Source of the DNA: Scyliorhinus canicula
Lineage: Eukaryota
Assembly: GCF_902713615.1 (NCBI RefSeq)
Contig: NC_052163.1
Span: 23,012,248 to 23,076,247, forward strand
Direction of reading: 5' to 3'
Length of the DNA stretch: 64,000 nucleotides
Of this stretch, positions 37,823 to 51,004 are shown in pieces (the stretch's first letter is position 1; each line of letters begins with the position of its first letter). Both the position numbers and the translations under genes were made by a program. The notes under the pieces are model-generated. The model was given only the letters and a program-made list of their open reading frames with translations. It had not been told where the DNA came from and did not search any database.

Positions 37823-38625
37823 AAGGTCCTGAAGCAGACATTTGGATCGTTATTTGCATGTGCAAAAAACCTAAAGCTTGCTGAAGGTGTGGGTAACAGA
37901 TATTTTTTTGTCCTTACTGAACAGTGTGTGTATACTACTTGTGCATTATTTTGGAGACTTAGGAGACCACATAGCACATTAAAAAAACAGACGCTACTAA
38001 GACCCAATTTCTAGGCAATAGATCCATAAATGCAATTGATCTGAACGTACTTGCCCCCACGTCAAGACTGATGCAAATAAATGCAGCAAATTAATGGACA
38101 AATCCAAATAATCTTTCTAAGTTAACAGGTCTTTAAGGACGCATACTCCGAAACCCAGAAAGTGAAGTTGTAAATGCTTTTAACTTGCCAACATAATTTC
38201 AGCCTTAAATTGAGTCCATGTTCTGCTACCACTGAGAACTTTGGCAACAACCCAGCCCTACTGTAATAACCCAGTTTGGGAAGTCAATGCATTAAGGAAA
38301 TACGAGGCCTACTCTGAAATTTTTCAACCCCTCAACACTAGCTGTGAATATGAACGATCAGTGCACACCACCACAAAACTTCCCTTAGAGAAGTAAGACT
38401 CTGTTATTCTTAAGAGAAACATGACTTACTTTTCAAGCTCCAATATGATCATCCACAGCATATTTTCAACAATGTTGCGTTAAACATGTCTTCACCTGCA
38501 CTTTGAGTGGCACAAATGCAAGGGGAAGACATGCACAAGGTAGATCCCGTCAGCATCCCGGCTTGCAAAAGGCAATTTGGTTGCTATGCCATGACAGACA
38601 TGACCCGGAGAGGGACAGAAACCAG

Positions 38626-39339
38626 GGCCGGGATTCTCCGAAATCCCGGCCAAGTGTTGATTCTGGGGTAGACACCGGAGTGGTGTACGCCGGCGTCAAC
38701 GGGCCTCATGGCCCAGCAATTCACCGCTGTTCAGGGGCGCCGAAGAGCTGCGCACTGCTCCTGCGCCAAAAGGCGGCCCTGCATGGCCAGCGCGGGTCGC
38801 CTCATGCGCGCGACAGCCGGCGCAGGTCCCCACATGCGCGTGATGGCCGTCTCAATGCCGGACATGCGCGTGGTTGCCATCTCGGCACCGGCGCATGTGC
38901 GTGGTTGCCATCTCCGCACCGGCGCATGCACGGGGGTGCCGTCTCCGCACCGGCACGGAGCAACATGTCGGAGACTTTACAGCGGGCCGTGCGGAAGGAG
39001 GTAGTCCCCCTCCAGATCGCGGGCCTGGACTCCGTGTGGAGGCCCGGAGTCAGATCACCCCCCCCCCACCAGCCGCAGGTCCGAGCTCCCGCTGGGTGGT
39101 ACCAGGTTAGAACCACGCCGGCGGGGCTCGGCGGGAGTTCGGCCCGTCACCCACGGAGAATCGCCACGGGGGCCTAATTCAGTGGCCCCCGTATGGCACC
39201 ACGGCGACCACGCAGGTGTGATTACCACCGATTCTCTGGTCAGCAGAGAATCGGAAGCCCAGCTTCGGAGCAGCATATTGAGAATTTCCTGCCCGCCCGA
39301 CGGTTCTCCAACCCGGCACGGGCTCGGAGAATCCCGCCC
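38626..39339. mobile_element. Harbinger-type MITE, CpG-rich
   Basis: TIRs ggccgggattctccg / cggagaatcccgccc, TSD cag at 38623-38625 and 39340-39342, and internal reiterated catgcgcg units. Confidence 0.87.
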
Positions 39340-39342
39340 CAG

Positions 39343-39800
39343 GTCCCTTCCACCCCCTTCAGCACATCTCCATGGTCTCTCACGGTCTCCGAGGTCTTTC
39401 CCAACTTCTCCCTTATCGAGCCAAGTGCCTCTTCAATACTTTTTTGTGCATCTCCATCATCTCCCTTCCTTGCTTTTCAAAATATTTCTCAAAATTGCTT
39501 TTCAAATTTAATATTCCAGTCAATGTTTCCACTGTGACAGAGACAGCCACATGCGCCATCGACTCCGCCATCTTTCCTCCAGGTGAACTTCGCACACTCT
39601 CTGGCTCTGTCCACTTGTACCTTTCTTCCCAACAGTCTTTTTATACTTTGACATCCTTTCGTCAACCCCTGCCTTATACAATCAAATGGATTGGGTTGGT
39701 CCACCAAATTTCCTCAGGAACTGGGCAAGAAAGACCAAACGACAAGGACCATGGCCAGAATTACCTTATGTGTGACCTTCTCCGACATGCCGCCTCCAGA
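39343..39800 (-). mobile_element. L1-like 5' fragment (5'UTR plus ORF1 N-terminus)
   Basis: Minus strand gives GKMAE...VETLTGIL and KSIEEALGSIREKL, homologous in position to the ORF1 of the adjacent + copy. Confidence 0.6.
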
Positions 39801-39809
39801 GGTCGGTGT

Positions 39810-42800
39810 CGGATGATCTTAAAAGATCAATTGAAGAGGCCTTGGCCCCCATTCATGTGGTTCTGGAAAACTCTAATAAGACCATCAAAGTCCATGGAGT
39901 CACAATTAAGAGCATAGAGACATCATTATCGGATCATAGTGATCGGATTGTCACTCTGAAGGCTGATCTGACTTCAGTGGTTTAAACCAATAAATCATTA
40001 ACCAAGCTGAATGACCTGGAAAACAGGTCCAGGAGGCAGAACACCCGGATTGTGGGGTTCCCGGAGGGCCATACCGTCACAGAATATTTGTCAGGCATGT
40101 TCCTCAAAATGATTGGTGAGGGTAGATCGCATCACTGCCTGAATTAGGCCCATCGCTCACTTTGACCGAAGCCTCATTCTGAAGATCCACCACGTGCTGT
40201 AAGATTCCACAGTTTTAAAGAAAAAGAGAGTGTTCTTCGATGGGCAAGAGAGAACCGCGATGTCAAGCGGGAAGGCCACTAAGATGTGTCAGGATGAGAG
40301 TGCGGAGTTAACGAAAAAAAGAGCCGTATTTAATGGAGTGAAGGTCGCCCCGTACAAGAGGGAAGTCAGGTTTCGGATGGTCTACCCAGCTCGCCTTAAG
40401 AGTCAAGTTTGAAGAAAGAGACTATTTTTTTGACATGCCAGGAGATGCTGACTCTTTTCTTAAAAGGACGTCTTTCAAGACTTGTGGGAAGAAACCGGAG
40501 CACCCGGAGAAATCCCACGCATAGTTAGAACGTGCAGACTCTGCAGAGAGAGTGACCCAAGCGGGAATCGAATCCGGGACCCCCTTGCACTGTGAAGCAA
40601 CACTGCTAACCACTGTGCTACCCAGCAGGGCGGTACATCAGCTTCAGCGCTCCAGGGGAAACTTTTCAAAGAGTACAGGGAGAAAGCCACTTATCTCCTG
40701 GCTCACCAACTTGAACGTCAAGCGGTCTCCCGTGAGATCCCTCAGATACTTAATCCAGGTGGTAACCTGGTTTCCGCCCCTCTCCAGGTCAATGCAGCTT
40801 TTAAATCTTTTTACCGCAACCGTTACAGGTTCGGAGCCCTCCACAGATAAATCGACCATGTCTTACTTTCTGGACAGTCTATCAATCCTAACTGTCAAGG
40901 TGCATCAGGGCAGTGAGTTGGACTCCCTGTCACACTCCGACGAAATTTAAAAACGTATTATTGGGTTGATTCAGCCTTGCAAGACCCCAGGTCCGGATGG
41001 CTTTCCGACTGAATTTTCCAAGAAGTTCTTGTACCTTTATTATTAGATGTTTAATGATTCCCTAGCCTGGGGGTCACTGCCTCCAACCCTCATTCAAGCC
41101 TCTATTTCCTTGCTGTTGAAGAGGGACAATGACATGACCACACAAGAGTGTGGTTCATACGGTCCTATCTCACTTTTGAATCCGGACGTTAAGGTGCTTG
41201 ATAAGGGTCTGCTGATCCAGTTGGAGCCTAGTCTCCCTAATATAATTTTGGAGGATCAAACAGGCTTCGTGAATATATGCCGCCTGCTGAATGTCCCCAG
41301 TACCTGGGTGCAGAAAAGGCATTTGACGGCGTGGAATGGGAGTATTTATTTGAGGCTCTCGGCATATTTGGATTTGGTCATAAATTTGTTTCTTGGATTT
41401 GCCTGTATTCATACAAACATTTTATACTCTGATTATTTTTTCTTGAATGGGGCACTAGACAGGGCTGTTCACTTTCTCCACTCTTGTTTGCCCTGGCGAT
41501 AGAGCCGCCCTCTATAGCGTTGAGGTCCTCAAGTTAATAGAGGGTAAGTAGTTGAGATGGGGTGGAGCTTTGTATGTCTCTAAGTGGATGACCTACCTCT
41601 ATAGATTAGAGACCCAATCCCTCCACTGTCGGCATAATGAAGTTGCTTAACACTCTTTCTCTGCATATAAATTGAATTTAGGCAAGACTGAATGTTTCCA
41701 TTAACCCCCCATGGAGGCAAGCTTAATTAGGGACGTTACATTTCCACCTCTCTAATGCAAGATTTTGTTATCTGCAGATCAAGGTGGTCCACAACAGGCC
41801 TCACCACATAAGCCTGGTTAATAGTGTCAAAATGATTTACAGAGGTGGAACGACCTTCCACTATCTTTGGCAGGTAGGATTCAAACAATCAAAATGAACG
41901 TGCTCCCGAGGTGTTTTATTTTTCTTTCAATGTCTTCCCATTTTTCTGCCCAAATCCTTTCCATTTTTAATCAGGGTTAAAAAATTGATATCGACTTTTA
42001 TTTGAGCAGGTAAGAATCCCAGAATTCATAACATTCTACTCCAACGGGATAGACAGACGGGGGAGGTCTTGGTCCTCCCCAATTTATTGTTTAATTACTG
42101 GGCTGCTATCATCCAAAAATGTCTGTTGGGTATTAGTGACCCCAATTCTATTTGGGGACAAATGAAGGCGAGCTCCTGCACCACTTCCACTCTTCTTACA
42201 ATAATAATATAGTAATCGCTTATTGTCACAAGTAGGCTTCAATTAAGTTACTCTGAAAAGCCCCTAGTCGCCACATTCCAGTGCCTGTTTGGGGAGGCCG
42301 GTATGGGAACTGAACCCGTGCTGCTGGTCTTGTTCTGCATTATAAGCCAGCTGTCTTAGCCCACTGTGCTAAACACGCTAGGCAGGGTGAGGGCGAAATG
42401 GGAAAGTCAAAGTGGGCCCTATACGTACTAGTGAGGTTTGGAGGGAGGCCCTTCACAGGGTCAACGCCGCATCCTCATGTGCCTGGTTGAGCCTAATTCA
42501 GTTTAATGTGTAACACAGGATGCGCTTGACCAGGATAAGGATGAGTGGGTTTTTCCCAAATGTTGAGGATAGATGTGATCGCTGTGCTCTTGAAACGGTG
42601 AGCCACATGCATACATTCTGGTCCTGTCCCAAACTCGTAGCCTTCTGGGCTTCCTGCTTTAGCACCTTGTCAGAGATACTTCATTTAGATTTGGGCCCAT
42701 ATCCACTGGTGGCCATACTTGGGGTATCGGATTCGCCAGTGCTTCAGTCTGGGGCAGAGGCAGATGTTGCCGCCATTGTCTCACTGGTAGCCTGGAGACG

Positions 42801-43130
42801 AATATTGCTTGGTTGGAGGTTTCCCACTCCGCCTAGTGACTCTACTTGGTTGGGTGACTTAATTAAATTTCTTTTAATTTGGAGAAAACCAAATTCACCA
42901 TCAGGGGATTGGTCGAGAGGTTGTATCTAAGATGGCAACCATTTATTTCCTAAGGATCTAGTCATTGTTAGCTGTTAGGGGGTTTGGGTTTAGTTTAGTT
43001 TTTTAGTATTTAAGTTATTTCGGTGTTGGGTTTTTAAAAAAGAAATTACATTTGCTTGTTTTTTTTGCATTCCTTTTTTCTCATTTGTGTTGATTATTAT
43101 GTAAAAACTCTAATAAACATAAATATTTTT
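39810..43130 (+). mobile_element. L1-like LINE, degenerate (ORF1, internal deletion, ORF2 RT to 3' end) with nested SINEs at 40465-40625 and 42200-42375
   Basis: KLNDLENRSRRQNTRIVGFPEG (ORF1, ~40005-40070), KTPGPDGF, YGPISLLNPDVK, LSLAGRIQTIKMNVLPR and CDRC..HMHTFWSCPKL; ends ...aataaacataaa. Confidence 0.9.
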
Positions 43131-43346
43131 TAATGTCATCACCTCATTATTTAAAAAGTATCCTGAAAATTCCACTGACAAACTGTAAACATCACAGATT
43201 TGTATCATGCACCACCTAGTCAAGATTTTGTACTTATTCAGTTTATAATTGTATTTTAAGGATTTTGTGGAGCTTGCGCAATAGTATGAATCATTTTTAA
43301 TAGTTTGAAAGATTCTCACCCCTGACCATACCTTTAGAGATTCACA

Positions 43347-43352
43347 TTTATT
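43347..43352 (-). promoter_or_regulatory. Candidate polyadenylation signal AATAAA of AMZ2
   Basis: Minus strand reads TGA-agttt-AATAAA-tgtg; the hexamer lies 5 nt after the stop. Usage is unproven. Confidence 0.35.
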
Positions 43353-43357
43353 AAACT

Positions 43358-43495
43358 TCATTCTTCCAAAAAATGCAGGCACTGCAACAACCATTCTTTC
43401 CATTCTTTGAATGCTTCCATGGGTTTGAGAGATATCAGCATCTTTCTAGCCAAAAATTCAGGATCAGAATCTTCCTCAATCCACCTCAATAAGGC
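43358..43495 (-). CDS. AMZ2: Archaemetzincin-2 terminal coding exon (45 aa + TGA)
   Basis: Acceptor catatttcag|GCC (phase 0). Translates ALLRWIEEDSDPEFLARKMLISLKPMEAFKEWKEWLLQCLHFLEE*, matching the recalled AMZ2 C-terminus AL.RWI...KP.EAFKEWKEW...CL. Not in the ORF track. Confidence 0.93.
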   Translation of the reverse strand, partial: ALLRWIEEDSDPEFLARKMLISLKPMEAFKEWKEWLLQCLHFLEE

Positions 43496-45835
43496 CTGAA
43501 ATATGAAATAGCAACGGAGACTAAGTCCGAAGAGGTGTACTTTTGAACAGTTTGATCCAAACTAATCGCTAATATCAATTACAGGCCCGACCACAACTTA
43601 AGATGTTCAAACAACGTGTATTATTCTAATCTCTGCAGCTCTCAGAAGGAACGACAATTCTCAAATTGCAAGCACACAATCAGTGTTTTTCTATCCACTC
43701 ATTTTCGCAAGAAGTAGTTCCTGTAAAGGTTACAGGAAGCCCTGGATCATGGAATAAATCCTAAACATGAATTTTGCATGTCATTTGTTGCATAATCTAT
43801 TATTTATATGTTAAACAGTAAAGCATAGCTGGATGAGTTTTAAGGAAATCATGTGCCAGCATGCACCCAAAAATTCGATTTTGCAGATAACCAGTTCTTA
43901 ATAAAACCACAGAACCTACACCATTGTATGTGTTGGTTTCAACGTCTGAGAAATTTAAAAATGATCAATTATTAATATTGGAACCTTGCAACCAAAGAGA
44001 ATAAAAAGGAGAAATTGCATATGATGGTTGCAAAACATTTGCGGCAGGTGCATGTGGTTTCATGATTCTTAGCATGGAGGCAGAGAACACACAAACTTTG
44101 TGCTGTCTCCTTATATAAATGATTGTAGTGTGCAGCCCAGTGCAACCTGGGCTGCTAGCTACCTGTATACTCAAAAGCTGCCTAAGAGTGTTTGAGACAA
44201 GCATATGTTGCAGCTAGTGTACAATTGTTAAAGGCACTCGGCCCCTCTGAAAAGGAAGCTGCACTGGATCACAGAAGGCTACTACTGAATGATATTCCCT
44301 CTGAATGAGAGAAATGAAAGACCAGTCCAGAAGAGGGCTCCCTGGTTCACAGATACAGCAATAGCAACTGAAGTGGATAGGAGAACCGAGGCCTTCATGG
44401 CAGATTCTTCAAAGGGAACGGGAGCAGGTAGCAAGGGATGACAATGCCTCAAGCAGTGTTTCCCAAGCAATTTTCCAATGTAACCCTAGTTTGACACTAG
44501 AAAATTAACGTGACCCCAAACCTCAGCAAAAGCAATTCAGCACTGATAGTGTATTACAGTATTTAGTATGTAATTAAAGTTTACATATTTTAGATCAACA
44601 AATTATATAAATATGAAAATCTATGTTTTTGGAGTACTTTGTAAAAATTACAATTTTATGTACTCATGTAGGCTTCAGCCAAGTGTTTCATATTCCCCAG
44701 TAAAGCCCCTCTCCCCATCTGCATCACCAACACACCTGCAATTAGTAGCTGTAATCCATCACCACCACTCCCACACACACACACAAACACCATCAAAGCA
44801 TGCACAAACTGTTACAATAGGTTTTAATGTCTCGAGTTTCAGAATATGCTGGTGTGCAATTTATTCACATCAAAATAAATATGCAGTGTATCCAACTTTT
44901 AATCTCAGTTTACATCACCAATACTTCTTTTTAAAAACAAATTTTGTCTCTGACACTTTGGAGTTACGCTGTTACATTGGCTATCTTATACAATCGAACA
45001 CAAACAGCTGAAATTATGATACTGCCTTGCCTCAAGGTTATCAATGCAAATTGTTTCTTCACATTCGCTGTATGTATACTGACTTTATTTGATTCCCCAT
45101 ATTGTTTCAGCTTCACAAATTGCAATAAATACTGCCCGGCAGGCAGAATAGCCTTTGACTCTCATAGTTACAGTAGCTAAGGCTATTCAGTATATACAGC
45201 CTGTGTTGATATTACATTGGATCTAGTTACTCTAATACAATTCCCCAGCTCCCCAATCATTCCATTGCCACTGCATTATTTTCCTGTCCCCTTCAACGTT
45301 TATCAGATCTTCATCTAAATTCTTCTTAAATATCAATAGCTTCTTGCAATAATGCATTTTATATTCTGATCAACCTATGCCGTACAGGCAGGCAGGAGCA
45401 GAAACACAGTAATGGCAGTCACTCACTTTCCTGGCTCAGCCACATGACCTCCTGTTCTTCCTGCAGTCAGTGACTGAGTTACACTTGCTTGTCCCAATCG
45501 GTATGCAAAATCCTGGGCCTCCTCAGCACTCAAAGTGCTTTCGAAGGTTAAAGGGAGCTTTGGCTTCACGTCTGCCCTTTGTTGGGTGGCAGGAAGCAGT
45601 GCGCACCTACCAGAGCCAATTCCACAGTCGCCAATGCTGCCTTGGAAGAGGGAGCGCATCTCTGTGGGGTCACAACCCACAGATTTGGAAACCCTAGCAG
45701 AGCCACCTCATGGCTATGTCACAGACTAAGTGACGCTGCAACCAGACCCCCCATACTTTGGTCAGCAAGTCCTCTATCCTTCCTGATTATAAGCAGTCAA
45801 AACACACCTGCACAAACGTGCCCAGTACTTCCCTC

Positions 45836-47495
45836 TTTTTTTTTAATAAACAATTTTATTGAGGTAGTTTTTGGCTTTATAAACAGTTACAGACATCAGA
45901 AAGAAAGCAAAAAAAGGCAAAAATGTGCAAACATCCATGTACTTTCAATACTTCAATCATAACATACTGCACAAGCCCGCTCCTCTCCCACCGGTACTAC
46001 CCGCCACATTTTACCTCCTACTCTACTCTACCCCCCCTCCCCCCCAACCCCCTGCTGACGCTCACTCTCCCACAAAGAAGTCAATAAATGGTTGCCACCT
46101 CCGGGCGAACCCCTACACAGATCCCCTCAAGGCGAACTTAATTTTCTCCATACCCAGGAAACTCGACATGTCCGCAAGCCACAACTCCGTCTTCGGGGGC
46201 TTTGAGTCCCTCCACGCCAATAGTATTCGTCGCCGGGCTATCAGGGAAGCAAAGGCCAAAACATCGGCCTCTTTCTCCCCCTGGACCCCCGAAACCCCAA
46301 AGATTGCCACCCCTGGACTCATCACCACCCTTGTTTTTAGTACCCGGGACATGACCCCTGCAAATCCCTCCCAGTATCCCCTCAGCTTAGGGCATGCCCA
46401 TAACATGTGCACGTGGTTCGCTGGTCCTAGCGCATTTGTCCTCTATCCCAAAGAATTTGCTCATCCGAGCCACCGTCATATGGGCCCGGTGAACGACCTT
46501 AAATTGAATCAGCCCGAGCCTAGCACATGTCGCGGTCGAATTTACCCTACTCAGGGCATCTGCCCATAGCCCATCCTCCATTTCCCCGCCTAGTTCCTCC
46601 TCCCATTTAAGTTTCAGTTCCTCTGTCTGGGACCCTTCCTCCCTCATGAGCACCTTATATATACCCGAGACTCTACCCTCCCCTTCTTCCCTCCTAGAGA
46701 CTATTCTGTCGAGGATCCCCATTGGCGGGAGGCGTTGGAAAGATGGGACCTGTCTACGAACAAAGTCCCGCAACTGTAGGTATCTAAAATTATTTCCCCT
46801 TACCAACCCAAATTTCTCCTCCAAGCTCCTCAGACTCGCGAAGCTCCCTTCCAGGAACATATCACCCACCCTTCCCGCCCCCGCCCGCCGCCATACTCGG
46901 AACCCCCATCCATACTCCCGGGGGCAAACCGATGGTTGTCGCAGATTGGCGCCCAGACAGACGCCCCCATCTCCCCCACATGCCTCCTCCACTGGCCCCA
47001 TATCCGCAGGGTCGCCACCACTACCGGGCTGGTGGTGTACTTGGCCGGCGGCAGCGCTAGAGGAGCCGTGACCAGGGCTGCCAAGCTGGAGCCCCTGCAC
47101 GAAGCCGCCTCTACCCGCTCCCAAATAGACCCCGTACCCACCATCCACTTCCTGATCATAGAGATGTTGGCCGCCCAGTAATAATTGATCAGACTCGGCA
47201 AAGCCAGCCCTCCCTCGCTGCAGTTCCTCTCCAACATCGCCTTCTTCACCCGGGGGGATTTTCCCGCCCAGACAAAGCTCATGATCAGCCCGTTAACTCT
47301 TTTGAAGAAGGACTGTGGGATAAAGATCGGGAGGCACTGAAAAATAAACAAAAATCGAGGGAGGATTGTCATCTTTACAGTCTGCACCCTCCCTGCCAGC
47401 GACAGCGGGAGTGCATCCCATCTCCGAAACTCTCCCTTCATTTGCTCCACCACCCTGGCCAAATTTAACTTATGCAGCCTGCCCCAGTCTCGTGC
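45836..47495 (-). mobile_element. Young L1-like LINE 3' portion with poly-A and TSD
   Basis: ORFs 46830..47462, 46387..47148 and 46113..46412 (LSLAGRVQTVKMTILPRF; LIQFKVVHRAH; HMLWACPKL). Poly-T at ~45836 and tacttccctc on both sides. Confidence 0.93.
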
Positions 47496-47505
47496 TACTT
47501 CCCTC

Positions 47506-47720
47506 TTTTTTAAATAAATTTAGAGCACCCAATTAATTTTTCCAATAAAGGGGCAATTTTCCAATCCACCCACCCTGCACATCTTTTGGGTTGTGGGGGT
47601 GAATCCCACGCAAACATGGGGAGAATGTGCAAACTCCACACGGACAGTGACCTGGGATCGAACCTTGGTCCTCAGTGCCGTGATGCAGCAGTGCTAACCA
47701 CTGCGCCACCGTGCTGCCCA
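47506..47720 (-). mobile_element. V-SINE tail type D
   Basis: Tail rc tttaaataaatttagagcacccaatt; 16-bp TSD tgcccagtacttccct at 45819-45834 and 47721-47736. Confidence 0.9.
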
Positions 47721-48189
47721 TGCCCAGTACTTCCCTAAACTCACTCTACGGCGAAGCAAATCGAAAGAACTGCACCTCAAATCACCCAATGTGGGTTATG
47801 TATGCTCTTTGGTGAATGACAAACAAATAGTTAATAAGCCCAAGTGGTCCAGGTTCACCAATTGAGCATCAAATGAGCAGGTGGTTCTGAGTTTCATCAT
47901 CATAGTACCAGTTTTGGCACAAACACAAGCCACCTGTTCATGCCCTTTCTAGTAGACAGTGCAGTGCATATGCTGCAGTAAGCCACTGGAGGCTATCAAC
48001 AGCAATTAACAATAACCTTGTGGTTAGCTCAGGTTGCATTTTGCCAGGAACATTCATCTCCTAACCTCATTCGGCCTTAGTCAAACATGGTGAATGGAGC
48101 TAAATTTTAAAAGGTGAGATGAGAGTAACTGCCCTTCACATTGAGGCAGAGCGTGGCATCATGGAACCCCCGCAAAAACATCAAGGGAA

Positions 48190-48930
48190 AATTCACCATC
48201 GCTGGCATCAAGAAAGATGTTTCTGGTTGTTGAACTGCAATTATCTCAGGTCAAGGATTTTACTGCAGGAGTTACTTAGGGCAATGCGCTAGTCCAACCG
48301 TCTTCAGTTGCTTCATCAGTAACCTTTTTTGGTCAAATGTGGGAATGTATGCAGATGATAGGATAGTGTTCAATTCCATGTTCAACTCTTCCTATAACAA
48401 AGCAGTCCACGCCCCATGCAACATGGTCTGGGAAATTTTAGGTTTGGGCAGTAACAAATAAAATGTGTGCCAAATGCAATGGGCAATGACAATTTCCAGC
48501 ATTAGAGAGTCTAACTTCCTCCCCTGACATTCAATGGAATTACCATTGTTGATCCCCCTCTTTCAACCTCCTCAGTGGGGAAGAGGGCTGGAGCATTCGA
48601 TCACTGTTGCCTAGAAATTATCTGGCCGTAAACACTGCTGCTACAAGAGATGGTCAGAGGCTGTATATTCTGCAGCTTTACCACTATCTACAAGTCAGGA
48701 ATGGGCTGGAATGTTCTCTATTTGCTTAAATGACTTCTATTCCAACAGCACTTAAGAAACAAGACACCATCCAGGACAAAGCAGCCTACTTGATTGGCAT
48801 CCTATCTACCATCTTAAACATTCGCTTCCTCCAGCACCAGTATACAATGGCTGCAGTGTGCACCCGCTATAAAAAGCACTGCAGTAACTCACCAAGACTT
48901 TTTCAACAGCTCTTCCCAAACATGTAGAAT
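48190..48930 (+). mobile_element. LINE RT/3' fragment of the family at 9106-10678
   Basis: Homologous to the reverse complement of 9300-10100 (caggagtt...agggca..g.gctag.ccaacc.tcttcag.tgcttcatca; gacaccatccaggacaaagcagcc). Confidence 0.75.
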
Positions 48931-48984
48931 CATGGCATTTACAGTGCAGGAGGCCATTCTATGTTTCTTATCTCCACTATTTTT

Positions 48985-50375
48985 CAGGGTAGAGGCTAGC
49001 TTGGTTAGCTAACATGAAACAGAGATTAGGCATAAATGGGACATTTTCTGGTTGGCAAGATGTAACGAGTGGTGAGGAATCAGTGCTGAGGCTCCAACCT
49101 TTCACAATTTATTTGACTGACTTGGACGAAGAGAACAAAGGTATGGTTACTCAATTTGCTAATGACTCAAAGATAGGTAGGTAAGTAAATTGTGAAGAGG
49201 ACTTAAGGAGGCTAAAAAAAGATATAAACAGGTTAAGTGAGTGGGCACAGATCTGGAAAATGGAGTACAATGTGGGAAAATGTGAAATTTTCCATTTTGG
49301 CAGGAAGAAAAAAAAGTATATTATCTAAATTGAGAGAGCTTGGAGAACTTTGAGATGCAGAGGGATCTGGGTGTCCTAGTGCATACATTGCAAAAGGTTA
49401 GTATGTAGATACAGCAGTAATTAGGAAATAGAATATTATTGTTTATTATGAGGGGAATTAAATACAAAAGTAGAGAGGTTATGCTTAATCTGGGGTACTG
49501 TGTACAACAATATTGGTTTCCTTATTTAAGGAAAGATGTAAATGTGTTGGAAACATTTCAGAGAAGGTTTACTAGACATGTAATAAACAAGTTGCCTTGT
49601 GAGGAAAGGTTGGACAGGCTAGGTTTGTATCCGCTGGAGTTTTAGAAAAGTAAGAGCTAACTTGATTGCAACAGATAAGATCCTGAGGAGCCTTGACATG
49701 GTGGATGTGGAAAGAATATTTCCTCTTGTGAGAGAATCTAGATGTCGGGGTTAGTGTTTAAAAATAAAATGGTCACCCAGTTAAGGCAGAGAATAGGAGA
49801 ATTTATTTCTCTGAGATGGTCGTGAGTTTTTGGAACTTTTTTCCTCAAAAGGTGGTGGAAGCAGAATCTTTTGACCACTTTTAAGGCAGAGATAGTTAGA
49901 TACTTGATAAGCAAGAGAGTGAAAGGTTATCCAGGTGTAGGCGGAAATGTGGAGTTGAAGTTCTTAATAGAACATAGAACAGTAGAGCACAGAACAGGCC
50001 CTTCGGCCCTCGATGTTGTGCTGAGCCATGATTACCCTACTCAAACCCACGTATCCACCCTATACCCGTAACCCAACAACCCCCCCACCCCTTAACATTA
50101 CTTTTTAGGACACTACGGGCAATTTAGCATGGCCAATCCACCTAACCCGCACATCTTTGGACTGTGGGAGGAAACCGGAGCACCCGGAGGAAACCCACGC
50201 ACACACGGGGAGGATGTGCAGACTCCACACAAGACAGTGACCCAGCCGGGAACCGAACCTGGGACCCTGGAGCTGTGAAGCATTTATGCTAACCATCATG
50301 CTACCGTGCTGCTAATGAATAGTGTAGCAGGTTCAAGGGGCCAAATGGCCTACTCCTGCTCCTAATTTGTATGTG
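48985..50375 (+). mobile_element. CR1 3' part with nested type-B V-SINE (49968-50312, -)
   Basis: FANDSKIG, YLRKDVNVLETFQRRFTR..RLDRLGLYPLEF and tail gggccaaatggcctactcctg. Confidence 0.87.
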
Positions 50376-51004
50376 CAGAAAGTTTATTCCACATGTTGAA
50401 AATGATGGGTCCTTTTCCAACTGCATATCAAATGAAAAATATTGTATTATTTAGGGCTCTTTTTGAGTAGTCAGCATTTACTAGTTTTCCAAGTTGACAT
50501 ATCTTAATATAAACTAGGCTCATTTTATTTCATCATTTCTCACTAAACAAAACTAAGGTTCTCAGAAACATACCTTCCTGATCTCTTAGAAGCACTGCAG
50601 TAAATTACCTGACAAAACAAAACTGTTTCACTTCCTCAGTCGCCTCACAAGACTTGACATAAAAATGATCTATTCATTTGCCATTTTTATTGGGAAATCC
50701 AAGATTCTTTTTCAACAGGAAGTTAAAAAGTATTTAAGAAGGTTGATTTTGGCGGATTTTTCCCGCCAATGAGTAGATGATGGGAGGGGAAGAAAACAAA
50801 AAAATAGAACCCAGCCATCTGTTTTGTCATCCTTTGCCCAAAGGGCTGGTAATTCAAGGACTACCACATTCTACATTGCTCACCTTACACATATGATATT
50901 CTATTAACAATCTGATGACAGGCAATAAACTAATATTTATTATAAGCCCATTGACCCCCACAGCTACCTCGGCCATACTTACTTACACCCTACACTCTGT
51001 AAGG

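Noticed and set aside
38503-39511. Overlapping GC-rich ORFs up to 224 aa (similarly 1485-2131, 10899-11349 and 23006-23489)
   Set aside because: These arise from stop-codon scarcity in GC-rich MITEs; no recognisable domains.
39343-39930. L1 5' inversion by twin priming
   Set aside because: The inverted and forward parts overlap by ~35 codons of ORF1 yet differ strongly (KSIEEALGSIREKL versus RSIEEALAPIHVVL), so they are two different elements.
45380-45810. Further Harbinger Myb-like remnant
   Set aside because: Too degenerate to translate convincingly by eye.
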